Below are positions 27,109 through 41,172 of a DNA stretch of 64,000 nucleotides, piece by piece. How positions within the stretch are numbered: the stretch's first letter is position 1; each line of letters opens with the position of its first letter. This stretch comes from Eledone cirrhosa (Eukaryota). The DNA is taken from positions 32,488,001 to 32,552,000 of the forward strand of contig OZ024745.1 of NCBI GenBank assembly GCA_964016885.1, written 5' to 3'. A program made the translations under genes and the position numbers. The notes under the pieces are model-generated. The model had not been told where the DNA came from. It saw nothing but the letters and a program-made list of their open reading frames with translations, and made no database searches.

Positions 27109-27953
27109 TAATAATAAATTTGAAGACTAAAATCCAAAGGATAAATATATATCAAATATATAAGAACCGTAGAGCAAATATTTATTAAAATAACAGATTA
27201 AAGTTTAAGCAAAGAATGGCTGCTTTCACCCTTAACGGGATCTTCTGAAACTAACAAAGTCAATCTGTAAACGCAGAAGTGGATATTTCAAAAAACGTTG
27301 CAACCGGAGGAAGACAGGAAGACGATACTTTGGTTCGCGGAAAAGTTCCCTATGCAAATAAGTAATGGTATAAACATAACATATACAGAGGGGCAACAGA
27401 AATGAAACATGGATTACAGATTAAAATATAGTCTAGATAGATGAGAAACAAAACGAGGATGTAGTTTATGGAACATCCAAATGATTTTGAAGTTGACCTT
27501 AAGTTGACATTAAGAAAGACATGAACGACACCACAACACTTTGTTTTTAAAGTAGGTTTATAACTATGAATTTTCATAAGATTATCGTGGTTGTCTCTGT
27601 GGCCTAGCGGTAGCTACCAGAGACGGTGGGGGTCCTGGCCCTGGGTTCAATCCTGGTCAAGAGGTACATGTAAACTTTTTCAGTTTTTATTTTTCAACCA
27701 ATAGAAAAAAACTGAAAAGGTTTACCCGGAACCCTACTCCCAACCAGGATCGAACATCAGTACTGTCTATGATTCCTCCAACTAGGCCACCGAGACAGCT
27801 ATAAAAACATAATGAAAATTGATAATTATAAACCTACTTTCAAAATCAAAGTTAAAAAGATGTGGTGTCGTTCATGGCTTTCCTAGAGCTATTAGTAATA
27901 TTTAGGGTCGACTTCTGGTCATAATTGAAAGTCTCTGGATTTCGCAAAATACA
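27109..27953 (-). mobile_element. Composite ~850-bp repeat (H2 end + double-tRNA-like fold-back), inverted copy of 42855-43710
   Basis: Near-identical reverse complement, including the identical 75-aa ORF at 27350-27577 and 43230-43457. Confidence 0.85.
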
Positions 27954-29489
27954 TAATAATAATTGTTTCTACTTTAGGCACAAGGCCAGCAATTACCCAG
28001 TGCATTACTGGTACTTTATTTTATCGACCCCGTAAGGATGAAAGGCAAAGTCAACCTCGGCGGGATTTAATAATAATAATACTTAATAATAATAAATTTG
28101 AAGACTAAAATCCAAAGAGGGCTCGATAAGGATAAATATATATCAAATATATAAGAACCGTAGAGCAAATATTTATTAAAATAACAGATTAAAGTTTAAG
28201 CAAAGAATGGCTGCTTTCACCCTTAACGGGATCTTCTGAAACTAACAAAGTCAATCTGTAAACGCAGAGGTGGATATTTCAAAAAACGTTGCAACCGGAG
28301 GAAGACAGGAAGACGATACTTTGGTTCGTGGAAACGTTCCCTGGCAAAGAACGGGAAAAAACGAATATAATACGTTATTAATAGGAGCAGTGAAAAACAA
28401 TTACGCGCAAAGACAGAACCACGTTTATGGTATAAAAGAAGTCGTTGACTAATGTTCTCTTAGGTGGTTCATAGAGACGTTCTCTGGCAATGAACGGAAA
28501 AAACGAAGATAATACGTCATATGTGGGGCTTGGAGAACAATTGCACGCAAAGACAAAACCACGTAAATGGTATAGCTGAAGTCGTAGACTAAAATTCTAA
28601 CTAGGAAACCGAATGAATCTCCGCTTCAGAGTTAAGAATAAAGTAAATAAAATACAATACAGAGGTAATAGAAATTAAATAAATACATACACGCATGCAA
28701 ATACGTACATACACAAGCATACGCGAAAACACTTGCCATAGGTATACAAAACCACGCACATATAAATATGTGTGTGTGTGTGTGCGCGCGCGTGTATACA
28801 AATAAATAAATAATTAAATAAACGTATATAAATAAATAAATACGTATATAACAAGCGCACACACATACCTACATGTAAATACACAAATGTTCTGAAGCGT
28901 AAATCAACCAAAACATGAAGTACACATATACACACGCCCTACATACGTACGAACCTGCATCCCGTTAAGGGTGAAAGCAGCGATTCTTTGCTTAAATTTA
29001 ATCTGTTATTTTAATAAATATATATATATTATATATATATATATTATGGAATACTGTTGGCCTCTTGCTACAATACTTTCTATACCTTTCATTTATATAT
29101 ATATATATTTATTAAAATAACAGATTAAAGTTTAAGCAAAGAATCGCTGCTTTCACCCTTAACGGGATCTTCTGAAACTAACATTACTCGAGGAACAGGA
29201 GTTTAATGCTTTAGTTAACTCAACGTTATATTGTACTTTGGGGGTTTATGCTGCCAATAAAAAGACATCCCAGTTATATTTCATTTCCGGTGTATAACCA
29301 GCTAATTAGAAAATTAGTTAATTAATCAATTTATTTCTTCACGTAATCTTATGGATGACATTGTAACTCTTCCCCCCCCCCCACCCCTCATGCTCTTCTT
29401 TCTTACTCTCACGTACTCTCAAACATTGAATCTGGCTTCTTATGATTGTGTAGTTATACCTGCACCACATTATAGAGTTCAAACCTTTA

Positions 29490-29830
29490 TGATCAGAGTT
29501 CAAATCCCGCCGAGGTTAACTTTATCTTCCATCCTTACGGGGTCGATAAAATAAAGTACCAGTAATGCACTGGGATAATTGCTGGCCTTGTGCCAAAAGT
29601 AGAAACAATTATATATATATAATGTGGTGAATTGGCAGAATCGTTAGAGCCTCGAACAACATGCTTTTCGGCATAGAGTTACGGCCCTTTATGTTCTATG
29701 TTCAAATCCCGCCGAGGTTAGCTTTGCCTTTCATCCTTACGGGGTTGATAAAATAAAGTACCAGTCACGCACTGGGACACATTTAATTCGACTTTCTCCT
29801 CCTCCCAAATTGATGACCTTGTGCCTCTAG
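29490..29830 (+). mobile_element. Two tandem SINE copies separated by (TA)n
   Basis: Two B box + core motifs, at ~29495 and ~29700. Confidence 0.8.
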
Positions 29831-29904
29831 TAAAAATCATTATATATATATATTTGTGTGTATGTGTGTGTGTGGTGTGGTGTGTGTGTGTGCGTCTGTG
29901 AGTG

Positions 29905-30260
<356 letters not shown>

Positions 30261-30291
30261 AGAACAAAAGATGGTTAAAAGAGTTCCATGT

Positions 30292-30360
30292 ATTTTATTA
30301 TGCGCATTTCAAAAACAAATATCATCATGCAATAATATTTGTGTTTTCATCAGATAAAAC
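30292..30360 (-). ncRNA. Minimal type-I hammerhead ribozyme (H1-like, copy 3)
   Basis: gttttat-CTGATGA-AAAcACAAATATTATT gcat GATGATATTTGTtTTT-GAAA-T GCGC ATA-ataaaat. Its 3' half (30254-30312) is repeated inverted at 30423-30481. Confidence 0.85.
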
Positions 30361-30567
30361 AGGAAGACATGATATGAAGGTTAAAAAACACTTGTGGATA
30401 GTGCAGTTTTAAATCAACATATTTGAAATGCGCATAATAAAATACATGGAACTCTTTTAACCATCTTTTGTTCTTATATATTATGTATACTCCAGTCCTA
30501 CAAACTGTAGAGTGCTTCTTATCCGATATCTGCATTGCTTTATTGTACTACAATAAAACTCACCTCC

Positions 30568-30637
<70 letters not shown>

Positions 30638-31006
30638 TCCTTTCCTTTAGACTCGTAATTCCTCCAAACCAAAAGTTGAACTGAACAGGGATCATGAAAT
30701 ATTTCTAAGTGCTAATGACGAGGAAATACATATGGAGCACTTCGTTATCGAACGTTGACAATCCGATTAATCAATCAAGTAATTAATTAGCTAATTGGTT
30801 GATCATAAGACCCGAAATAAATAACAACCAGTGCATGTGATTTTATTGGTATTATAAACCTCATAAAATACAACAGAATCGCATTCAACACACTATTATA
30901 CACCGTCAATCTTGTATAACAAATACAAAAACAAACTACATAGATACATGAACACATACGCACATACATATATACACACACACACATACACATGCATACA
31001 CACACA

Positions 31007-31061
<55 letters not shown>

Positions 31062-31076
31062 ATATAGATAGATAAA

Positions 31077-31330
31077 TTTCTTTATTAGCCACAAGAGCAC
31101 AAAAGAAGGGGACAAATACAAATGGGGAGTTTACATACAGGTATATGAAAATAAAACTATTAATACAATAACGAATAACAATTCAAATCCCCAGTAGGGG
31201 GAGGTGTTACACAGGGGTTGTACACACCCCGAAAAAATGTACAACCCTCATCTCCAGGAGCACCAAGAGTGAGTACTCCCTTCCTCTCTTCCTCTTTTTC
31301 CTCAACCTACAGGCTTATATATATAGAGAG

Positions 31331-31370
<40 letters not shown>

Positions 31371-31500
31371 TTCTTTATTTGCTACAGGGGCGCACAAGAA
31401 AAGGGAATAATACAAAGATATATGGCGGGGATTTTACATACAGTCGTGCAAAAAATGTTTTAACATGAAAATATAACAATCGAAATCCCCAATATGGAGG
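31077..31500 (-). mobile_element. Two short 3'-end fragments of the Tx1/L1-type LINE, separated by (GATA)n
   Basis: tttctttatt.gc.aca...gcaca..aa.aagggga...atacaaa at 31077 and 31370 matches the LINE 3' UTR starting at 31537. Confidence 0.8.
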
Positions 31501-31534
<34 letters not shown>

Positions 31535-31536
31535 TG

Positions 31537-34500
31537 TTTCTTTATTAGCCACAGTGTCACAAAAGAAGGGGACAAATACAAAGGGAGGAGTTTACATACA
31601 ATAAAAACGTGTAAAATATTATCACAAATGTAATTTAAAAGTTAATCGATTTTCCCCAATAGGGGGAGACATTTCATATGGGTAACACATACCCCCGAAA
31701 AAAATGTGCAACCCTCATCTCGAAGAGTTTGTACCCCTTTCCTCTCTTCCTCCTTTTCCTCAACCTACAGGCTGATATAGAGAGAAGGCCCATTCACTCG
31801 GGCCATTCTCGCCACTTTCACCCACCTTTCATAAAACTTGCTGGGGTACAGCACCTCTCTCTCCATCCTGATTCTTCTTCAGTTGTTGACCGGAGAGAAA
31901 GGTGTCTGACCTCAGCCCTTTTAACCTAGTCTACCATACAACCTCTTTCGCCATAGCTATCACACAAAGGAAAACCGCCTCTCCTTCGTTTTTGAAGGAG
32001 GGTGGCGGTTTGATTATGACAATGGACTCGGTGGTCCCACCAGCGACAATAGTCGTTCTACATAGCCCCACAGGTCGGTAACGCCCGGGCAGTGTACAAA
32101 TGAGTGCGCGACGATTTTCGTCGCGCACGCATCTCGGACAGATCTTTTTCGAAGGGTCCCTGCCCGGGCGCCCATGTCTGTAGAGCTTGTCTCGAACTGG
32201 TAGAGCTCCTCGGTAGCACTGCCAAGCCAGGGACTTTGGGAAGTTCTCCATCGGTCCCGGGCGGAAGGTTCTACCGAACAGACTGGCCAGTTCGTCTTCC
32301 TCTACGTCTAGAGTTTCTCCGAGCGCGTCGTCGCACTTGCTGCGTACCAACCCTCCATAGAGGGTCCGCCTGCCAGAGGGCTGTGAGCGCCTGAGCACAT
32401 TCGATGTGCCAATCGCCCATTTTCTTCGGTCTTTGCTTGACCCAGGACTGCAGCTCGGTCAGCGAGACTAGTCGTGGGAATGCTCGCTTCACGAACGGGG
32501 CCCACACCGGTTGTCCGGTGAGGAATACGTGGAGGTGCCGCAGCCTGAGCGCGTGTTTGCGCATCGTCAGCCACGGCATCCCCAGCCCTCCGTTTGAAGG
32601 GTGTTGGCAGCAGATAGATCTTCTCACCAAAGGATCCCGCTTCTTTCAAAGGAATTGGAAGAGCGCGCGCTCCATTTTGGTGAGCGTTTTGGCTGTACAA
32701 GGCACGACGGTCAAGCGGTAGTAGATGACGGACGCTATAAAAGTGTTCGCCACCTCCGCTCGACCTTTCAAGAATAGTTTGCACTCGGCCCACTTCTGGG
32801 TGAGTGCAAACACCTTGGCCGTCACCTCGTTCCAGTTCTTCTCCATCTGGAGGTCCGGACCAAACCAGACCCCGAGCAGCTTTACCGGTCCTTCCGTCCA
32901 GCGCCCGACGACGCCATCGGAAGGCATCGGTCTGCCTCTCCACGATCCGAGTTGCAAACCGATGGACTTGTCTCGGTTCAGCTTCGCTCCTGTGAACCTT
33001 TCGTATTCCTTCAGTAAGGTGCCAACTTCCTCGATTTGCGAGGTGCTCGACACCATTACTGACACGCCGCTTTCCGCAGTCTCGGTTCCGGAGGGATGCC
33101 CTGCAATAGCTCCAACTTCTGCAGTAGTGACTCGAGAGTCAGTACGTACAGAAGGGAGGAGAGAGGGCATCCCTGTCGAATGGATCGCGTGATATGGAAC
33201 GCCTCTGAGAGGTAGCCGTTTACCTTGACCCTTGAGCAGATGTTGCTGTTGTGCATAGCAGAAATCCAGCCCCTGAACACGGGTCCGAAGCCTGCCGCCT
33301 CGAGCACCGCATCCAGGTAACGATGGTCAACCCTATCGAAAGCCTTAGACTGATCCAAGTTGATCAGGACCCCACCGAAGCCGGGTTTACACCCTACCCT
33401 CTCTATGATGTATCGCATGAGGTGGAGGTTGTAGTGTATAGACCTGGTCGGGATTGCGCATGTCTGCGCTTCTCCCACCAGGTGTTCTACGACAAGCGCC
33501 AGCCTCTTTGCCAACACCTTGGCCAAAATCTGTAACTGTGTTTAGAAGAGTTATGGGCCAGAAGTTGTCTATGTCATCCCCCTTATTCTCGTCCTTCCTG
33601 GCTAGTGTGACTACGCCCCTGGTCACAGAACTGTGAATTCTCCCGTTCTGCTACCAGTTGCAGTAGACCACTTCCAGGAGACCGGAGAACAAGTCCGGCA
33701 TTGCTACGTAAAATTCGTAGGGTAGACCGTCGAGACCTGGAGATTTGCGTTTGCCGCATTGGCTCAGCGCGTTCCCTATCTCAGCGGCTGAAATCGGCCT
33801 TTCGCAAAACTTCGCCTCGCTGTCTGAGAGTCGCGGTAGGCCGTCGAGGTATGGACCGAAATCCATAGCCCCTCACGGCGCGGCGCCCTGCCCGAACAGC
33901 TGAGCAAAGTGCTGCTGAAAGGCCGCGCAAATCTGCTTCGGCTCACGTATCACGCGTCCGTCTTGGTCCTTCAAAGACCGAATCGTGGACTTGTTGCCAC
34001 TTTTTGCCTCCGTCACACGGGCCCAGCTAACAGCTTTGACACCCTCGTTACCCAGAGCACGTATTTTGCTTCTGACAACGCAGCCCTCATACTTTGCGTC
34101 GAAGAACTGGTCCAACGCTCTTCTCGTTGCTAGCACGCTGGCTACGTTGCCACTTCTAATTGCCTCTGCTACTTTATCTATCAGTTCCTTCTCGGTCCTA
34201 TTTCTATTTAACGCTAATTCTTTACTAAAAACTAACGAGTCTAATCTAACTGCCCTCTTGAGAGAGTACCACCATCTGTTGTTGACAATGGCCCCTGTCA
34301 AGTGCTGTTTAACTAAAGTGCTAATCCGTCTACTGTAGACTTTGCATGTCGGTAACGACAAGTTCAGCTTCCAGTAGCCGGGTCCTTGTCAATGGGTTCT
34401 ATCAAGGTTGACCATGCAGGTCACTAGTTTTTTATCTGAATAGGCAACCATGAACATTTGTGGACAGCTTAACATGTCCTTATCTTTATTTCTAACTAGA

Positions 34501-34620
34501 ACCCTATCTAGGTACGATCTAGATGTTCCGCTAAGATTAATCCACGTCCACAGTGGCACAGTCGGAAAATCTAGTCGATATCTATCGGCCAGGTCAAATC
34601 GGCCGATTAACTGTTTGAGG
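31537..34620 (-). mobile_element. Decayed, 5'-truncated L1/Tx1-clade LINE ORF2 (APE endonuclease C-terminus, RT, zinc-binding domain) with 3' UTR
   Basis: TWINLSGTSRSYLDRVLV, GYWKLN, KSPGLDGLPYEFY, PITLLN, LDQSKAFDRVDH, RQGCPLS, KLLGVWFG, GGLGMP and CPRC. Many frameshifts and stops; YADD motif missing; (GATA)n on both flanks. Confidence 0.92.
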
Positions 34621-34635
34621 TAGATAGATAGATAG

Positions 34636-34960
34636 GCGAATTGGCAAAGTAATTGCAATTTCGGATAGAATACTTTGCGGTTTCTGTTTCAGCTCTCTGC
34701 TTTCTCGGTTCAAATCCCGTTGAAGTCAACGTTGACTGTCATCTATTCGAAGTCGATAGAAAAAGTACCAGTGTAGTGCTAGGATCGATTCGTCATCTAT
34801 ATCTCTTTTACACTTCCTTTCTCTCACCCTCTATCCTTCTCTGGAAGAGATCTGCTGTATTAAGACCTGGATAAATGATAGGACCCACCAGGTTTTAAAA
34901 AATGCCCTAAGGAACGCAGAATGTCAGTATAGTGCCCTTACGACTCCCCCGGGAGTTATG
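34636..34960 (+). mobile_element. Degenerate SINE with extended tail
   Basis: ggcgaattggc...GGTTCAAATCC...aaaaagtaccagt...ctggaagagatctgctg...acgactcc. Confidence 0.65.
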
Positions 34961-34973
34961 AGTCCAAAGGAAA

Positions 34974-35008
<35 letters not shown>

Positions 35009-35514
35009 AATACACATGTATATATATATGTACACACACACTCATATATATATATATATATATATATATTAACATAAAAACAGTCTTGGCGCAAAATCAA
35101 TTTTTTACATTCACATGACCTCTACCGACCAATCAAAATTGTTTTGACCACAAGAATTTTTGCAAATTGGAGCCACTTTTTTAACATAAAAACAGGTAGA
35201 ATTCCCAAAACTAATCAGATCAGAGCAAACAGCACGGACACTCTATCTCAAAATTATTTTTGAAAAGCATTTAGAAATGCGCAACCGGTAAAAACTTAAA
35301 AACTTAAAACCACAACTGAATACTAACCCATACAATCACTAATACTCTTTTATTCCTAATTAAACCATTTTTCAACTGTGAACAATTTGTCAGCATTTTC
35401 TATTCCGTTTACCAATATATAATAACTTGTGTGTTACACCTCTATTCTTTTAACTATATATATATATATATACATAAATACACATATATAAATCTATATA
35501 TGTACACACACACA

Positions 35515-35572
<58 letters not shown>

Positions 35573-35840
35573 GGTAAGTGAGGCTCTATATAAAACAGTG
35601 TGTATAGAGAAAAGATGAAGTTGGAAATAGCACGGCAGTTGTTTAAGGGTATGTTTTTCTTTTTTGATTTGTCAAAGTGACATTATTGAAAAGATAGTGT
35701 TATTAAAAAAAGAGGGACAATTCTTTTTTTTATTATTTTTATGAAGTATATAAAGTGTATGAAATTACCGGTTTCGATGTATTAAGATCCATCTTATCAA
35801 ATTCAGTGAAAAAAAGTTAATTAAAAAGGGAGTAAAAAAA

Positions 35841-35881
<41 letters not shown>

Positions 35882-35903
35882 GAATTGGTGCTCTGAAATA
35901 GCG

Positions 35904-36084
35904 ATATATATATATGAATGTATATACAGTGTATTTTGCAATACACTGTATGCTTAATTAAAAGCATTTCGAAGACCTTACGCTATTTTTTTAGAGACTG
36001 TCACTACTCTAAAACAATAGCGTAAGGTCTTCGAAATGCTTTTAATTAAGCATACAGTGTATTGCAAAATACACTATATATACA

Positions 36085-36099
<15 letters not shown>
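35904..36099. repeat. Palindrome, ~93-bp arms, 10-nt loop, in (TA)n
   Basis: 35904-35996 pairs with 36007-36099 (about 2 mismatches). Each arm holds a nested hairpin cagtgtatt..gcaatacact; TCGAAAT lies near the centre. Confidence 0.9.
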
Positions 36100-36151
<52 letters not shown>

Positions 36152-36529
36152 ATATATATATATAACGTGGGTGCAGGTATGACTGTGCAATCGTGAGGTG
36201 CCAGATACAATCATGTGTGTGAGTAAAAGTGTGAGAAAAAGGAAGAGAGTACTGTGTAGTAGATATAGAGAGGGGGAGAGTTTGGTGTTAATTCATATAA
36301 AGGGGGGTGGCAGAGAGTTCTGTGTAGTAGGTATAGAGAGGGGAGAGAGTTTACTTAATATAGAAAGGGGGATCGGGAGAGTGTTGTATGGTTGATGTAG
36401 AGAGGGGGGAGAAGGGCTTATGTCCGAAACGTCGCAACCATACCACCCACTCTCACCAAGCGTGAAACTAATAATATTTGTAACATTTACTCCCCTACGT
36501 TTGTTTGTTTTTTGTTTTCTGTTATTTCG

Positions 36530-36575
<46 letters not shown>

Positions 36576-36801
36576 AAAAATGTTATTTGAATATGGCAAA
36601 GCCGGCCATTGATCGTTCATATACAGGAAACTGACTGGCCAGTCTGCTGGTATGCAAATCTGGCTGATAAGTGGATCTGCTAATATGCAGATCTGACTGA
36701 TCAGCCAGTCTGCTAATATGCAAATCAGGCCGATCAGTCACTGTATGTTTTAGAAATTATCATACATTTTCACTAGCTCTGACAGTTGGCAGGTGAACAG
36801 T

Positions 36802-36851
36802 GAACTGTACTGATGAAGGGTGATACCCAGAAACATTAATATCTACAGTTC
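36802..36851 (+). ncRNA. Minimal type-I hammerhead ribozyme
   Basis: GAACTGTA-CTGATGA-aGGGT gat ACCCa-GAAAC ATTAAT ATC-TACAGTTC. Perfect 8-bp stem I, intact core, palindromic loop 3, AUC triplet (C.A mismatch in stem III). Confidence 0.75.
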
Positions 36852-36986
36852 TGTTTACATGCCAACACAAGAGCAAGAATGAGGGGCTCATTCTACTGAC
36901 ATGGCTTTAAAAATGAGGCTTGTTTACATAATTGCAAACGAATCGAATATTATTATTAATATTCGAAAAACTCGGATTACATTTAT

Positions 36987-37052
<66 letters not shown>

Positions 37053-37056
<4 letters not shown>

Positions 37057-37144
37057 GTGTTCGCTTTTTACGCGAAGATGCGTTCGTGAACGCTGCGCCT
37101 AAACCAAATTCGCGTAATTCAAGTTTGCGTAAAAAGCGAACAGA

Positions 37145-37147
<3 letters not shown>
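37053..37147. mobile_element. ~95-bp Tc1/mariner-pogo-type MITE
   Basis: TIRs tgttcgctttttacgcgaa / tttgcgtaaaaagcgaaca; the right end reads ACTG|TA. Confidence 0.6.
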
Positions 37148-37219
<72 letters not shown>

Positions 37220-38884
37220 ATCTGTATTAAAGTATCATTTTCTCTCTGTACACATCTCTAAAATCCAGTTACACTCTCTCCCTTTTTCTCCAACACGCTA
37301 TTTCATCTCATTCTTTCTAACTCCCCTTATTTTTATCCCGTTTTCTCTGTCATACGCATTGTTATCTAGCCTTTGTCTTTATTCTTTATATTCTAAATAA
37401 ACCCAGGTTGTACTTCCATTACCGACCCGGCTAAAACCATCTACTTTAAAAGGTTCTTATTTAAATTAAAATCTTCCAACATGATTTTATGTAAGAACTA
37501 TATATTAAATTGCCACTTAAAATCAAGAATTTTTTGTAAATCCCTCAAAATTCTTTATTAATTAATTAAAATAGAGTGGTTTTCGTTAGATATGGTCATG
37601 AAAGGATTAAACTTTATCTCATTTAATGTTTATTTATTTCCTATTTAAATTTTTAATAAAATCAGAAGTGTTATGTCAAATGAATCCTACACGTGCGGAG
37701 GTGGCTGAGTAATTCCATAGACACTTATACCCTTAAATATATTCTCAGGCAAACACAGGCTGTATCAAAATGAATCATTCGATTTATTTACAATTTTTAC
37801 AAATGCTCAGTATGTAGATATAAAGATTTATAAAAGTTATAATAACAGAATAAGACTTTATATTCAGACATGTACTCGTATCGTACAAGTTACCGCATGA
37901 TTATATGGTCATTTGTTTTTAAAATGTAGCCTTTTTGATATATCGTATATATCGTATGACTTCTTCAATTTCATGAGCAAGTCAATTCGTGAAGACCCTT
38001 GCAACCATTTTTGTCCAATCAATTTTACTTGGGTCTTCTCAAAGGTATGAAAGAAGACACTTGATTGAGATGTGAACTTCCAAATGTTCATCTGTACCAA
38101 GAATACAGATGGATGGTTACGGCTTGAGCACTTTTGATCGTAGATCAAGACTGACCTCTTGCTAAACAACAACAACAACAACAACAACAATAATGGTAAT
38201 AATAATGGATAAGAAATTGATTTTCTACCAAATGTAATTCCCTTTTGAAAAATGTGAAGCGATGACACAGATTTACAGAAGACTCGTTGTAATTAGATCT
38301 AGTTAGACAGTAACAATCGATTATATAAAAGATCAAAGACATATTTCCAGCGAAATATATAGGCAATATTTTAATTAACATTCAATCATCAAATATATTG
38401 AAAACCCAGGGAGTGGTGTGCTGTTGTTGTTATTATGATGGTTGTGGTGGAAATGGAGGAAGCAACGTCGACAACAACAATATTATTATTATTTTTTTGT
38501 TCTTTATTAATAAAAACATAGAAACAAACATGGCTAAATGGTTAATGAATTTCGTTTCACAACCAATTGGTTCTGGGTTCTGTCACGCTACGTAGCAAAT
38601 TCCTTGGGTTGACCAATACCTTATGAGTAGAATTTGGTAGACGGAAACTGCAGAAGCCCGCCGAAAGATTATACACTTGATTTTTCTAAAAGAAACTTGC
38701 TTTCCGTTCCTTTCTCTTTTCACTCTCTATCTTTCTATTTCATTTTTATTTCTCATTCTATCTTCTGATAAAAGACTCTTTTCCTACTCTATCAAGCGTT
38801 AAACTAATATATTTCTTCATTGTACTGTGTTATTTCTGTTTACCTTTTGCGTATATGTGTGTATAAATATATTGTTTTTGTCCA

Positions 38885-38970
38885 CGTGCCTGAATGAAGG
38901 GCCAGTTTAAAAGAGCCTCATCCATTATACAATGGTGGCCATGACTGGACCCAGAAACCATTGGTATCAC
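38885..38970 (+). ncRNA. Degenerate hammerhead-like motif with long stem II
   Basis: CTGAATGA (1-nt insertion)-aGGGCCAGT...ACTGGACCCa-GAAAC CATTG GTA; weak stem I gtg/cac; AATAAA downstream. Confidence 0.45.
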
Positions 38971-39348
38971 ATACATGTTAAGTGTATGCGACTTTGTTTA
39001 CACTAAATAAACAAGGAGATCGATAAAATAAGTACTGGATTTGACAAAGTAAGGACTGTGGTCGATATGATCTACTAAATCAAAGTAGTGCCCCAGCATG
39101 GCCCAGTTTACTGACTGAAATAAGTAAAAGAATAAAACCAACGAATAAATAAACATAATTCAAACACACACGCCACATTCACATTTACACGCATATACAT
39201 ACACATACATGCACACACAAACATACACACACACACAATCACATTTACATACTCACATTTACCTCACATTTACACACTCACACATACACATACACACAAA
39301 CGCACACACATATACACATCATACACACATATAGACACAGATACACAT

Positions 39349-39406
<58 letters not shown>

Positions 39407-39471
39407 ATACATACACACACACACACACTCACACATACACACACACATACACACACACACACACATACACA

Positions 39472-39513
<42 letters not shown>

Positions 39514-39962
39514 TACACATACAAACACACAAACACACAAACACACACATAAACACACCAGCACACACACACACACACACGCACGCACACATTCTTACAT
39601 ACATACACACAAAAAAAATCCAATAAATAAAAAACACCTTAAAAATGTGTAAAATAAAGTAAGAATGAGGTCTTATGAGTGGTTTTCTATAAATAACAGG
39701 AAAGTTCTTCATAGAATCAGCCACAAAACTAATTCACTTTTAATAAGCATTGACTTTTCAATGGTGGACTTAACATTCGAACAGCAATAACCTCTCCCGT
39801 CTTTTTACAGACAGTTGTTCAAATTAATTATAGAACAGAAGAAAAAGAAATGAAAAGAGATAAAGCAACAGAACCCAGAACTCTTATTCCCCAAATATGA
39901 GTAATAATTTTTCTTAATCTTATTTGGTACTTAATTTTTTAGATATTTTTTCTTCTTTCTTA

Positions 39963-40005
<43 letters not shown>

Positions 40006-40994
40006 AGCGTGTGGGTGTGTGAGTGAGTGAGTGTGCGTGTGTGTAGGTGGGTAGATGCATGTGTGTGTGTAAGTCTCTCTCTCTCCCTTTCTCTCCCTCT
40101 ATGTGAGTCTGTGTGTGTGTGTATGGGTGGGTTGTTTGTATGTGTGTGCATGGATCTCTCTGTCTCTCTCTCTCTCACTCACTCTTTCTTTCCCTGTGTG
40201 TGTGTATGTGGATAAGTTATTTGCTTATGTATGCGTGAGTCTCTCCTTTCTTCACCCCCCCCCCCTCTCTCTCTCGCTCGCTCACTATGTGTGTGTATGC
40301 GCGCGCGAGAACGTGTGTGTGTGTTTGTGTGTGTGTTTCTTTGCTTATTTTTCTTTCATTTTTTTTCCATTATTATCATTATTGTTATTATTATCTTCTT
40401 TATGTCAGCAATTGCTGTACTGAAATAATTCAGAGTTTTAAGAATCTCCAATGCAGCGCTGTTGCTGTCGTTGCCGCCCAAGCTGCCTAAGTAACTTTGA
40501 AGAGGGAATGAATAACAGAATAATAGTGAGATGAGGAGAAGGGAAGGGAGGCGGATGGGGAGCTCCAGAATTAGATCTCCTCTCCTCAAAAAGAACCTCC
40601 CCATCACCACCATAAAAAAAAACAACAACAAAAGCAAACAAAGTCAAAAACATCTGCTTTACGAACCACTTCATTTTGACTATGAACATTCATTTGATTG
40701 ACTTAGTATTTGGTATCGACCAATTTGTCTTATTGCTTTCTTGACTTTTTCAATACATCCTTGATCAACTAGTCACTTCTCACCCCCCACCCCCCTCTCA
40801 CACACACACACACACTCACTCACTCACATACACACACTCTCCCCCTCATCCTCTAGCTCCCTCTATCTCTCTCTCACTCTCTCCTTTCTCTTTCGCTTTT
40901 TTATCCATCTATCTATCCCCCCTCCTCTCTATATTTATTTATTTATATATATAGAAAGAGAGAGTGAGAGAGAGATAGATATCGATATTTACAT

Positions 40995-41052
<58 letters not shown>

Positions 41053-41077
41053 GTATATATATATATATGTAAATATA

Positions 41078-41172
<95 letters not shown>

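Noticed and set aside
27350-27577. Identical 75-aa ORF here and at 43230-43457 as a duplicated gene
   Set aside because: Lies inside a recently duplicated non-coding repeat; no recognisable domain.
27590-27665. True tRNA gene
   Set aside because: A and B boxes are present, but no convincing cloverleaf or anticodon arm could be drawn; treated as tRNA-like.
35760-35806. Functional hammerhead on the minus strand (TTGATAA...GAAACCGGTA); similar relics at 38764, 41541 and 41905-41950
   Set aside because: Core nucleotides are mutated or truncated; at best dead relics of the same element class.
40356-40689. Minus-strand ORFs as a host exon
   Set aside because: No recognisable protein similarity and no clear donor site; cannot be supported from sequence alone.
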